A DNA stretch of 20,902 nucleotides from Methanobacteriaceae archaeon (GTDB taxonomy: Archaea; Methanobacteriota; Methanobacteria; Methanobacteriales; Methanobacteriaceae): assembly GCA_003558085.1 (NCBI GenBank), contig PWMT01000017.1:1-20902 (forward strand), in the 5' to 3' direction. This document shows positions 1 to 8,931 of the stretch, in pieces. The translations under genes and the position numbers were made by a program. Under the pieces are notes generated by a model that did not search any database, was not told the DNA's origin, and saw nothing but the letters and a program-made list of their open reading frames with translations. The first letter of the stretch is position 1; each line of letters starts with the position of its first letter.

Positions 1-2
1 AT

Positions 3-209
3 GGAAAGTATGAGTTTTCTAAGCGCAAACAGACAGTGGAATGGCCTTTTGGAAATATAAAAGAAAATTTAAAATTCATAGAGTTCAATACACGTGGTAT
101 TAAACAAACTCAGACAGAAAAGAACTTGATATCAATCTCCCACAACATAAAACGAATTTATAATCAAATAAAAAACAAAACAAAAATAGATAATTATTTG
201 AACACTTAA
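3..209 (+). mobile_element. 3' end of an IS1182-family-like DDE transposase (gene begins before the window)
   Basis: The frame from position 3 reads GKYEFSKRKQTVEWPFGNIKENLKFIEFNTRGIKQTQTEKNLISISHNIKRIY...NT*. This fits the K-R-x3-VE-x-PFG-x-IK...RG...E-x2-L...HN-x-KR C-terminal signature of IS1182 transposases. Not in the ORF track because it lacks a start codon. Confidence 0.85.
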
Positions 210-255
210 AAAAAATATATAATCTTGTTTAAAATGCGGAAAATTTCATAAAATA

Positions 256-272
256 TTTTATGAGACAACCTC
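256..272. mobile_element. Probable right terminal inverted repeat of the IS1182-like element
   Basis: TTTTATGAGACAACCTC (reverse complement GAGGTTGTCTCATAAAA) lies ~50 bp after the transposase stop and resembles the GAGGCTGT-type ends of this family. The left end is outside the window, so pairing cannot be confirmed. Confidence 0.6.
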
Positions 273-892
273 TTTTTATAAAAAAAATTTTAGATATAAT
301 TGAATTTTACTGTAAAGAGGCTATTTGCTATATTAATTAAAAAAAGGTCTAGAACGTATTTTACTAGTAATAAACCTTTTTTTATCAGTTTTAAAGTTTA
401 TATTGTAGGTACTGATTAGGATTAGAATAAAATCCTTACACTGATAATTAGTATTATATTTATTGAATTTTTATATATTAAGTTATTACTTATGCCAAGT
501 TCTAGATGGTCAATAATGTGCGCAATTATCGTCGGAGTAAGCAGTGCTGAGATAAGAACTGGAGTTGTCATTTTCACCATGCCTCGCGCGATTGACGAAT
601 ATGATCTGGTGTAAAAGGGCAAACTATTACTTGCGGAGATAAAAACGCTCTGTCAAACGTCAAATCGTGTGAAAACTAAGGCTGATTTCTTGTCCCCTGA
701 ATCATAGGTCAGTTTAATTCCCTTAGGATCTTTAATTCTTCAATATCTTAAAATCAGATCATCTTGCATGAGGAAACCGGTAATTATTAAGTATAGCCTC
801 GCCACACTGGAGCAGACTAAGTATACATTTCATGTGTGTGAATGCTGTAAGAATAGCTGAGAATCCTGCCTTCTTCTAACAACTGCCCCTAA

Positions 893-1765
893 TCATTTTG
901 TGTGCCTGTGGACGAAGTCGTTGATTGCTTCGGCGAAGTCCTTTGGCTGCTCCGCTTGTACGGGGTGTCCTGCTCCGGTAATTTTTTGTACTTCTGCAGA
1001 CGGCATCGCCTTGGCAAGTTTGGTGATTACCGGCGGGAACATGGGAGCAGTCTGATCTCCAAGCGTAAGTAGAGCTGGGCGCGTGAATCCTCTGACCCAC
1101 TCGAGATCGATGAAATCATCCTCTGGATCGTTCGCCTCCTCGAGAGAAGGTGCTGTATTCTCGATCACATCTTCCCTGAACTTGGGTGGGAATTTGGCCC
1201 AAAGACCCTCTCCCAGCCCATCCTCGACGAACTGTTTGGCGGCACCGGCATGATCACCAGAAGCGAGCCGCTCAGAAACTGTGGCGAGTAGTTGAGGAAA
1301 ATCCTCGATCAACATGGCGGTGGCTGGATCGTCGGCAAGCAGGTTAAACCCGCCCGGTTCGTGGACTACAATGCCTCTGAGGAGGTCGGCTCGCTCTCCG
1401 GCCAGGCGAATCACTATAATACCGCCACTAGACTGTCCCACCACCCATGCAGACCCAAGCCCTAAATGTTCGATCAGGGCGGCAAGATCGCTGACTTCCT
1501 CTCGGATGCCGCTCTGTCCGTTCGACCGCTCGCTTTCACCGTACCCACGTTGATCGTAGGTGATAACACGAAACGAATCCGCCAGGTGTGGAAGAACCCA
1601 GTCCCATGTCCGGCGGGATTCAAATCCTCCATGAACCATGACCAGAGGAATCTCTCCAGTTCCATGAATTTCGTAGGCTAATCGGACGCCATTAACAGTC
1701 ACCATTTTGGTTGAGTCTTTAGAAACAGCGTCTTGTTTTTGAAAATTATTCTTTTCATCTGCCAT
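893..1765 (-). CDS. Alpha/beta-fold hydrolase
   Basis: 290 aa with HGG oxyanion motif, YDQRGYGES, GQSSG nucleophile elbow and GAGH catalytic His. AGGAGG SD upstream. GC-rich body (35/60 GC at 1321-1380). Confidence 0.92.
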   Translation of the reverse strand: MADEKNNFQKQDAVSKDSTKMVTVNGVRLAYEIHGTGEIPLVMVHGGFESRRTWDWVLPHLADSFRVITYDQRGYGESERSNGQSGIREEVSDLAALIEHLGLGSAWVVGQSSGGIIVIRLAGERADLLRGIVVHEPGGFNLLADDPATAMLIEDFPQLLATVSERLASGDHAGAAKQFVEDGLGEGLWAKFPPKFREDVIENTAPSLEEANDPEDDFIDLEWVRGFTRPALLTLGDQTAPMFPPVITKLAKAMPSAEVQKITGAGHPVQAEQPKDFAEAINDFVHRHTK

Positions 1766-1802
1766 TTTCTAACCCTCCTTTAGAGTTTTTTTATTTAGTT
1801 CC

Positions 1803-2021
1803 CTATAAAAAATTCTGACAACGCCAGGTTACATAAGCTGGCGTTCGCGCCGATATCGAACTCATATGCTTCGATTCGGCATCGAAGGTCTTATTATCTG
1901 GGCTCGGATACTCTGGATCGCAGATATCGTAGACGAAGTCGATAGTCAGAATCATTTTTTCGACGATGTATAGTCGATCCAAGGCACGATATTGATCCGC
2001 CCCGTCCGAGTCCAGAAGCAT
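1803..2021 (-). CDS. Small hypothetical ORF or gene remnant in the GC-rich patch
   Basis: 72-aa ORF preceded by GGTGAGGGG, same strand as its neighbours, many G/C-ending codons. No recognisable motif. Confidence 0.25.
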   Translation of the reverse strand: MLLDSDGADQYRALDRLYIVEKMILTIDFVYDICDPEYPSPDNKTFDAESKHMSSISARTPAYVTWRCQNFL

Positions 2022-2174
2022 CCCCTCACCAGGGAAGCAGTATCGGCGTTTTCGATCTGCTGTCGTCCGATTTTCGGTAGAGGTGGTGGATTTCTATGCG
2101 AAGAATTAGGAACATGACTTATTTCGGACGAAGAAACTTTCCCACCGTTTTTAGTCCATTCTGCCGGAGTGAAG

Positions 2175-2588
2175 CTAATCTGAGGCGATGCCAAGTTGCC
2201 TGAGGAAGGTGAGGACGTCGTAGAATTCGCGATGCTTGATCACCTTCCCAGCGCGCAGGGTGAAGTGGTCGCTGACAACAAGCTCCATGCTTCGCCCGGT
2301 CGGTGCGATACCATCATAGTCGCCCCCATGAGTTCCCCGAGCAATATGAATGGAACTTATTTGATCGCCTTCGCCGATCATCTCCCGCAGTTCTGGATTT
2401 AGATCGGGAAAGACATTGATATCCTCGCGGATCGCCTCCCGATAGGCTTTGAGGCCTTGAACCTCTCCCAACTCAGGATTTCGATACACGATACTTTCAT
2501 CACAGACTTCTTCGAGTGCCGACAAATCATGTGATCTGACTATCTCGAATAAACGCCAAATTATCTCTTTGTTTTGCTCGACCGACAT
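2175..2588 (-). CDS. SnoaL-like (NTF2-fold) ester cyclase family protein
   Basis: MSVEQNKEII start, FPDL, EGDQI, GTHGGDYDGIAPTGRS and a D-x4-RQLG C-terminus are typical of SnoaL-like proteins. GGGGG SD-like run upstream. Confidence 0.9.
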   Translation of the reverse strand: MSVEQNKEIIWRLFEIVRSHDLSALEEVCDESIVYRNPELGEVQGLKAYREAIREDINVFPDLNPELREMIGEGDQISSIHIARGTHGGDYDGIAPTGRSMELVVSDHFTLRAGKVIKHREFYDVLTFLRQLGIASD

Positions 2589-2642
2589 GACTAAACAACC
2601 CCCTGTTAATCATTTATATGCATTTTTTCATAATTAATGCAG

Positions 2643-3028
2643 CTATTTTTTCCTGTATTTTTGTTTATATTCTGTTTCATCTTCTTTTTTCATGGTTTCT
2701 ATGTCGTAATTTTTAGCTTGGAGGAGCATATCCCATCTTGAATCAAAACTAATCATATTGTAGACTTCAACTATTTCTTCGTCTGTTGCTCCTTCATTTT
2801 TAGCTGCAGTTTCATAGCTTTGTGCATTGTAATGACTTTTCATACCTATTGCTCCAGCTAAGGCAATTAATTGTTTATATTTACCTGGAATTTTGGTTTC
2901 TTCATAATAGTTTTCTTAGAAATGGCCCAATCATGTTCTAGGATATTTTTCGGTATAAATTTAACATACTCGGGAATCGAACCTAATCTTTTTTCAATAT
3001 CCTTTAAAATTTCCTCATATTCACCCAT
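2643..3028 (-). pseudogene. Frameshifted carboxymuconolactone decarboxylase (CMD/AhpD-like) family gene
   Basis: ATG at 3028 (SD GGGGTTGAT) reads MGEYEEILKDIEKRLGSIPEYVKFIPKNILEHDWAISKK. Homology continues in another frame near 2910-2915: YYEETKIPGKYKQLIALAGAIGMKSHY...AAKNEGATDEEIVEV...RKK*. The span is 386 nt, one base short of a 128-aa ORF. Confidence 0.8.
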
Positions 3029-3343
3029 CTTTATCAACCCCTAATAGTAACAATTATATAGTTAAAACTATAAATAAACAGCACTATTTTTTATTTAGAA
3101 GATTTTTTTATATTAATCCGCTTATGATTATCCATAATGTACCTATCATAATCGTGACTGGTTGTAATCTTTTTCTCCATTGTTCCAATTTTTAGGCGGA
3201 TGGTGGCTGTGGATTCATACTATTCCAGTTATATTTTTGTATGATGGGACTATTAGCTTCCATTGAATTTTCACTCAAATATAGCAGGTAGTTATATACT
3301 TGTATAAAAACTACAAAATTAATGATGTTAGCGGAGCAAAAAT

Positions 3344-4249
3344 ATGTTCAGAATTCCTTTTCTAAATAATGCATTCACCGGTAAAAATGATTGGTGGAGG
3401 TATCTGGTAACCATAATTCTAACCTGGGGCGCTTCCAGTTTAATAGCGAGTTTTATAATAGGGTTTATTCTTATTATCTTATTATTACCTAATATGGGTG
3501 CTTTAGATTTAGTTGATTTGAATCTAATTATCTTTGAACCATTATTTATTATATTGGTAGCTTTAATTACCTTTGCACTGGCATTTCTTATTCTATATTT
3601 ATGCCTAAAGTTCATCCATCAGAAAAAATTCATTTCTATTATCAATATAAAATCTAAACTACGTTGGAAAAGAATAGGGATAGGTGCTCTGGCCTGGCTG
3701 GGAATAATTCTATTTTTTGACGTAATATTTTTTTTAATTGATCCGGATAGTTTCCAAATATCTTTTGATCCCCAGTTATTTTGGATTTTTGCTTTATTAA
3801 GTTTAATTACTTTTCCTATACAGGCAACCTTCGAAGAGGTATTTTTCAGAGGCTATTTAATTCAGGGACTTGCTTTAAAGATTAAAAAACCATTAAATAT
3901 TCTTTTACTTAGTTCCTTTATTTTCGCTTTTTTGCACTGGTGGAATGTGGATCCCTTAGCTTTAAGCATATCCATAACTGTAAGTGCCTTCATTATCGGC
4001 TTGATGTTAGGTATTATCACATTGGCTGATGATGGCATAGAATTAGCCATAGGGATGCATGTTATCAATAATCTCTATGTGACCATATTCCATTCCTCTC
4101 CTCAGACTGGTTTGGGAGAATTACCCTCTCTTATTACCAGTCCCTTGGATCCCTATCGTTCACCGTTAATTATTTTATTGGCCTCAATAGCTTTCATTTT
4201 CATTTTATTTAGAAATAGAAAAGAAAAAATCCGACAATTATTCAAATAA
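3344..4249 (+). CDS. CPBP (CAAX protease/Abi family) intramembrane glutamic endopeptidase
   Basis: Multiple hydrophobic segments with EEVFFRG, FAFLH and HVINN motifs. Confidence 0.9.
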   Translation: MFRIPFLNNAFTGKNDWWRYLVTIILTWGASSLIASFIIGFILIILLLPNMGALDLVDLNLIIFEPLFIILVALITFALAFLILYLCLKFIHQKKFISIINIKSKLRWKRIGIGALAWLGIILFFDVIFFLIDPDSFQISFDPQLFWIFALLSLITFPIQATFEEVFFRGYLIQGLALKIKKPLNILLLSSFIFAFLHWWNVDPLALSISITVSAFIIGLMLGIITLADDGIELAIGMHVINNLYVTIFHSSPQTGLGELPSLITSPLDPYRSPLIILLASIAFIFILFRNRKEKIRQLFK

Positions 4250-4437
4250 AAAGTTTTTAATATTCAAAAGGCAAACTAATCCCCAGCTAAGAGGGGGCTG
4301 TGTTTTTAAATAAGAACTGATAAACTAGTAATGGGTTTATTAATTAAAAATCGCTAATAACCTATAATCATATAAAAAGAATTATTTAAGAAACCTTTCT
4401 ATTATTATAAAAAAATAATTATCTATTAGGTGTAGAC

Positions 4438-5532
4438 ATGATTCCCATTGCCCAACCTCTTATAAAGGAAGAAGAGATCCAAGAAGTAGTGAAAGTCTTA
4501 AAATCTGGTTTTATTGCTCAAGGACCTAAAGTAGCAGAATTTGAAGAAAAATTTGCAGAATATATAGGTACTGAACATGCCATAGCTACCAGTTCTGGTA
4601 CCACTGCCCTTCATCTGAGCTTACTGGTATTGGATATTCAGCCTGGAGATGAAATAATTACCACCCCCTTCACTTTCGCAGCTACCAGTAATGCAGCGCT
4701 TTTTGAAGGTGCTAAACCAGTATTTGTTGATATAGATCCAAAAACTTATAATTTAGATCCGGAAAGAATTCAAGAAGCTATTACATCTAAAACTAAGGCC
4801 ATCATGCCGGTACATCTTTTCGGACAATCAGCTGAAATGGATACTATCCAAGAAATTGCTGATAATAATCATTTGCCTATTATCGAAGATGCAGCTCAAG
4901 CCCATGGTGCTACCTACCATGGAAAAAAAATTGGAAGTTTAGGAGATATGGCGGCATTTAGTTTTTACCCTACTAAAAATATGACTACCAGCGAAGGGGG
5001 AATGATAACTACCGATAATTCTGAATTTGCAGAAAAAGCCAAAATATTAAGGGCACATGGAGAAAAAGAGCGATATAATCATGTAATTTTAGGTTACAAT
5101 TTCCGCATGACAGATATCGCCGCTGCTATTGGTTTGGTGCAGTTAAAAAGATTGGATGGTTTCAATCAAAAAAGAATAGAAAATGCAGAATATCTAACCG
5201 AACATATAAAAGAAATTGAGGGAATAAAACCCCCTTATATCAAACCAGAACTGGTTCATGTATTCCATCAGTACACTATTCAAGTTGATCCTAATTTAAG
5301 GGATGAATGGATAAAATTAATTAATGAACAGGGCGTGGGTACAGGCATTCATTATCCTAAAGCTATATATCAGCAAGAGTTATATCGAAATTTAGGTTTT
5401 GATGCTAAATGCATAGAAGCGGAAAAAGCAGCTAAAAAGGTAATATCCCTACCAGTGCATCCTCAGTTAAAGGTGGAGGATTTGGAAAAAATAGTGCAGA
5501 GTTTGGATTATGCCAGTAACTATCTATATTAA
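4438..5532 (+). CDS. DegT/DnrJ/EryC1/StrS family PLP-dependent aminotransferase
   Basis: [40 protein letters not shown] (PLP Lys) and ISLPVHP. SD AGGTG. Confidence 0.95.
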   Translation: MIPIAQPLIKEEEIQEVVKVLKSGFIAQGPKVAEFEEKFAEYIGTEHAIATSSGTTALHLSLLVLDIQPGDEIITTPFTFAATSNAALFEGAKPVFVDIDPKTYNLDPERIQEAITSKTKAIMPVHLFGQSAEMDTIQEIADNNHLPIIEDAAQAHGATYHGKKIGSLGDMAAFSFYPTKNMTTSEGGMITTDNSEFAEKAKILRAHGEKERYNHVILGYNFRMTDIAAAIGLVQLKRLDGFNQKRIENAEYLTEHIKEIEGIKPPYIKPELVHVFHQYTIQVDPNLRDEWIKLINEQGVGTGIHYPKAIYQQELYRNLGFDAKCIEAEKAAKKVISLPVHPQLKVEDLEKIVQSLDYASNYLY

Positions 5533-5691
5533 GCGATTAGATTCTTAATCTATAATATTGAATCATAAATCTAAAGCTTTTAATCTAAGCAAGCCTATAA
5601 CAGTTTAGTATTAAAGTGTCGGTTTAAAAAATATTAAATAATATTTAAAAACCTTTACTTTAAATTCAATTTTTATATTGTTCCCCTTTTA

Positions 5692-5991
5692 TTATAGTAT
5701 TTTTTTAACGGATACTACTTTATCTTCCAGGCTACGTTCTGCGTCTCTCCGATCATCTATTTTTATATTTGTTGCTATACGGTTAGCTCCTATTTCTATA
5801 ACTGCTTCATGAGCTGTTTTAATAGCTTTAAATAAATCATCAAGGTTTTCTGTTTCTATTTGAGTACCCATTCCTGACAATTGGTATTTTACATCTAGCT
5901 CATCTAAAGCCGATACTGCAGCAGCTACATATTTACTTAAACTAGTACGGGAAGTTCCAATGGGGATTACATTAAATTCTGCGGTTATCAT
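5692..5991 (-). CDS. MTH1187 family (DUF77) thiamine-binding-like protein
   Basis: 99 aa with [23 protein letters not shown]...[14 protein letters not shown] and KVVSV pattern. Confidence 0.9.
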   Translation of the reverse strand: MITAEFNVIPIGTSRTSLSKYVAAAVSALDELDVKYQLSGMGTQIETENLDDLFKAIKTAHEAVIEIGANRIATNIKIDDRRDAERSLEDKVVSVKKIL

Positions 5992-6029
5992 AACAAAATA
6001 TATGTTTACAAGATTATATATCTTTTTCT
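5992..6029. promoter_or_regulatory. Compact bidirectional promoter region, probably giving leaderless transcripts
   Basis: 38-bp spacer between divergent start codons. TATA-like elements on each strand (AAATATAT ~5996-6003 on +; ATATATAA ~6014-6021 on -) lie roughly 22-34 nt from their ATGs. No SD on either side. Confidence 0.55.
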
Positions 6030-6878
6030 ATGTCCGCCCTTAAAAAAGATAAATTCAATTTACGCCTGCAAAAAAGGGTGCTAGATTTGATTAAAGAATA
6101 TAATTTAATCCAAGAGGATGATTTGATTGCAGTTGCTCTTTCTGGAGGAAAAGACAGTGTTCTAACCTTACATCTTTTACATAAATTTCAAAGAGAATTT
6201 AATTTCAAAATAGTGGCTATTGCAGTGGATGAGGGAATTAAAAATTATCGCCAGGAAGGCATGGAAGCTGCTCAGATAAATGCTGACTTATTAGGAATTG
6301 ATTTAATCAGGAAATCATTTAAGGAATACTTTGAATTCACCTTAGATGAAATTTATACTCATTTTAAGAGTGCCTGTATGCCTTGTGGAGTTTTCAGACG
6401 ATATATTTTAAATAAAACTGCCTATGAAATTGGAGCCACTAAAATAGCAACGGGACATAACTTAGATGATGAAATCCAATCATTTTTAATGAGTTTTGCC
6501 AGGGCGGATCTCCTAAAATTTTCTAAATTTGGCCCTAAATTGGATATTATTCATCCCCGACTGGTACCCCGAATAAAACCTTTATGGAACACTAAGGAAA
6601 AAGAAGTAGGAACTTGGGCAATATTAAATGATATGAAAGTCCATTTTGACGAATGTCCTTATGCTGGATCTTCACTAAGAGCTAAAACTAAAGATTTTCT
6701 AAATCGAGCAGAATCTATAAAACCGGGCACTAAAAAAGCAATATTGAATTCTTTTATACAAAGTATAAATATAGAAAAAAAATCTGCACAATTAGTAGAA
6801 TGTGAAAAATGTTTAGAACCTTCTTCTTTGCGTATATGCAAAGCATGTGAAATGAAAGAACAAATTTTAAAACATTAA
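6030..6878 (+). CDS. TIGR00269-type PP-loop ATPase, TtuA/Ncs6-like tRNA 2-thiolation enzyme
   Basis: SGGKDS PP-loop, CMPC, GHNLDD, CPY and a C-terminal CEKC...CKAC zinc finger. Confidence 0.88.
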   Translation: MSALKKDKFNLRLQKRVLDLIKEYNLIQEDDLIAVALSGGKDSVLTLHLLHKFQREFNFKIVAIAVDEGIKNYRQEGMEAAQINADLLGIDLIRKSFKEYFEFTLDEIYTHFKSACMPCGVFRRYILNKTAYEIGATKIATGHNLDDEIQSFLMSFARADLLKFSKFGPKLDIIHPRLVPRIKPLWNTKEKEVGTWAILNDMKVHFDECPYAGSSLRAKTKDFLNRAESIKPGTKKAILNSFIQSINIEKKSAQLVECEKCLEPSSLRICKACEMKEQILKH

Positions 6879-6959
6879 AATTGATCAATTCTAAGAAACT
6901 AATAATTTATCAAAAAATAGGGTAAGGATCAAGTTTATTATCAAAAAAATAGTAATGAA

Positions 6960-8558
6960 TCAAGTTTTGGTAATAGTGCCTATTCCCTTACTTCTACCCT
7001 CTCTAATGATTATCTTTTGACCTTCCTTTATATGATAAGGACGATATTTGAAACGCATACGCACCCTACCTTTATCCCCGGCAGACATGTATTTTTTATC
7101 TAAAGGTTCTAGTTGAGTAGTTTCTGCAATAGTCTCTATATGGGTAACGCTCTCATAACCATTTTTAATAGTTGTAGGATGGACTAATATAGCTATTTCT
7201 GCTTCAAATTCTCTATATGAATTAGGTTGATATTCGAGATGACATAAAATCATTCCCCTGGAAATTTGGTCTATATCAGCACCTGTCACTGAAATGCCAA
7301 CCACATCACCAGTTTCTGCACTTCCAATTTTATAGTGGTGCATTTCAATAGATTTAGCTGTTACTTCCATAAATTCACCATAAGGGTTAGGGCCTAATAA
7401 AAGCTTATCTCCTTTTTTTATTTGTCCATGGCGTATAGTACCACTTACTACTGTTCCCACTCCTTTAACTGCATAAACTTTATCGATATATATCATAAAC
7501 GGCTTTTTCTGATCTTCTATATTTAATGGAATATCAATATTGGCCAGTAAGTGGTCTAAGATATCTAAATTTTCACCAGTAACAGAAGAAACATTTATTA
7601 CAGGTACTAAATGTTTATTCATTTTTTTAGCTATTGAAAATGCTTCTTTTTTATTTTTTAATTTAAAAGGGATTCTACCAACTAATTTAAGTAAATATAC
7701 TATTTTTTCATATATTTCATCTAAATCTGAATCAGAAACTAAATCAATTTTAGTTATAACCACTATTACTGGAAGATCCATGGCCAAAATTATCCCTAAA
7801 TGTTCACGGGTAATATGGGTAGGTCCTTTATCTGCAGCAATGGTTAAAAGCCCATAATTCAATTTTTGGCCGACTATTCCTCTTATGGTAGTTCTAAGCC
7901 AGGGTTCATGTCCCACGGTATCCACAAATGACACTAAACGATCACATTTTTCTATTAAATACGATTTTTCTTTTTTATCTAGTGGATTTTGCAGATGGTA
8001 AACATTATTATTACAAAACCCGTATAATGCAAATGATAAATCTGCAGACAGCCCACGCTCTATTTCATGTTTTTGCACATCTAAAAATATACGACTCTTG
8101 CCACTACCATCATCTAATTGACCGCTGGTTAAGGTTCCCAGTAAGGTACTTTTGCCATGGTCCACATGACCAGCCACTCCCACTAGCAAATGTTCTTTCT
8201 TCTGACCATCTCTTTTACGGATTCTAACTTGGGCTACCTTTTTATTTTTTACGGGATACAACTCTACACTAATATCGGCATCTATACTATGAGCTATATT
8301 TTCTAAAACAAAAATAGATTCATCTAATTGATCCTGCTTTAAACCAGTTAGTTTGCCATCATCTTCCACTCCTAAAAAATAGATAGCTTCTCCTTTACCC
8401 TTCTCCATACGGTATTTCATCTGGGATAGAAGTCTTTGTTTACGTTCTTCCTTAAGATGATAAGCTTTAGAGAGACCGACTTTGAATTCTATATTTTTTC
8501 TTTCGCCTTTACGGGTAAATGAGCTTAGATCTTTTATCATACTCTTCAAATCTTTCAT
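6960..8558 (-). CDS. Archaeal GTPBP1/GTPBP2-type translational GTPase
   Basis: GHVDHGKS (G1), DTVGHE (G3), TKID (G4), SSVTG, EF-Tu-like domains II and III, and the N-terminal domain NIEFK...[24 protein letters not shown]. Confidence 0.92.
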   Translation of the reverse strand: MKDLKSMIKDLSSFTRKGERKNIEFKVGLSKAYHLKEERKQRLLSQMKYRMEKGKGEAIYFLGVEDDGKLTGLKQDQLDESIFVLENIAHSIDADISVELYPVKNKKVAQVRIRKRDGQKKEHLLVGVAGHVDHGKSTLLGTLTSGQLDDGSGKSRIFLDVQKHEIERGLSADLSFALYGFCNNNVYHLQNPLDKKEKSYLIEKCDRLVSFVDTVGHEPWLRTTIRGIVGQKLNYGLLTIAADKGPTHITREHLGIILAMDLPVIVVITKIDLVSDSDLDEIYEKIVYLLKLVGRIPFKLKNKKEAFSIAKKMNKHLVPVINVSSVTGENLDILDHLLANIDIPLNIEDQKKPFMIYIDKVYAVKGVGTVVSGTIRHGQIKKGDKLLLGPNPYGEFMEVTAKSIEMHHYKIGSAETGDVVGISVTGADIDQISRGMILCHLEYQPNSYREFEAEIAILVHPTTIKNGYESVTHIETIAETTQLEPLDKKYMSAGDKGRVRMRFKYRPYHIKEGQKIIIREGRSKGIGTITKT

Positions 8559-8767
8559 AGTTGATTAGCAGTGGTAAAACAAGTTCCCCCATATTTTTCT
8601 TCTTGGAGAGCCCGGACTGCTTCTGCAGCACTCTGAAAATCCTCAGCATAGTAAATTATTCTTCTACTCTTGACTTGGATATTTTTTCCACAAACACATT
8701 TCCTATGAGCCACTCCTTCTCGGGAATACATAGCACGTCCACAATCACAACGAAATATAAGGTACAT
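8555..8767 (-). CDS. DUF1922-like small zinc-ribbon protein
   Basis: [11 protein letters not shown]...KCVCGK. Its stop overlaps the GTPase start (ATGA). Confidence 0.85.
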   Translation of the reverse strand: MYLIFRCDCGRAMYSREGVAHRKCVCGKNIQVKSRRIIYYAEDFQSAAEAVRALQEEKYGGTCFTTANQL

Positions 8768-8931
8768 TTAAAGACTCATCCTATTAAGTAATAATTATTA
8801 TTCTAGCTAAATTATATTTTTCATAACTACTAGTTTTTAATAATTAAGTTTCAAGTTCATCATATCCAAATAAAATTCATTAACTTCTAAAATCTCAGTG
8901 AGATTACCAAGATCCATCTATGGCTTTTATC

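Noticed and set aside
338..384. 11-bp inverted repeat TAAAAAAAGGT / ACCTTTTTTTA
   Set aside because: Mostly homopolymer A/T in very AT-rich DNA; at most a terminator, with no further support.
422..622. 66-aa ORF on the minus strand
   Set aside because: TTG start, no motif, and it runs into AT-rich intergenic-like sequence. The 490-880 region may be decayed coding DNA, but I could not identify any frame.
317..800. GAGGCTAT...ATAGCCTC inverted pair as a possible MITE with IS1182-like ends
   Set aside because: Only 8 bp match over ~480 bp, which is near chance, and no target-site duplication is visible.
874..1772. GTTAGAA on both sides of the hydrolase (minus strand), suggesting an integron cassette
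   Set aside because: No RYYYAAC inverse core or attC-like hairpin after the stop, and no integrase in the window.
876..2402. Overlapping alternative ORFs (876-1100, 1314-1553, 1466-1681, 1474-1665, 1952-2194, 2196-2402)
   Set aside because: Shadow frames expected in GC-rich coding DNA, overlapping better-supported genes.
4268..4302. GGCAAACTAATCCCCAGCTAAGAGGGGGCTG as a c-di-GMP-I riboswitch or IS end
   Set aside because: Lacks the GNRA-capped stem and GCAAAG elements; only a 4-bp stem.
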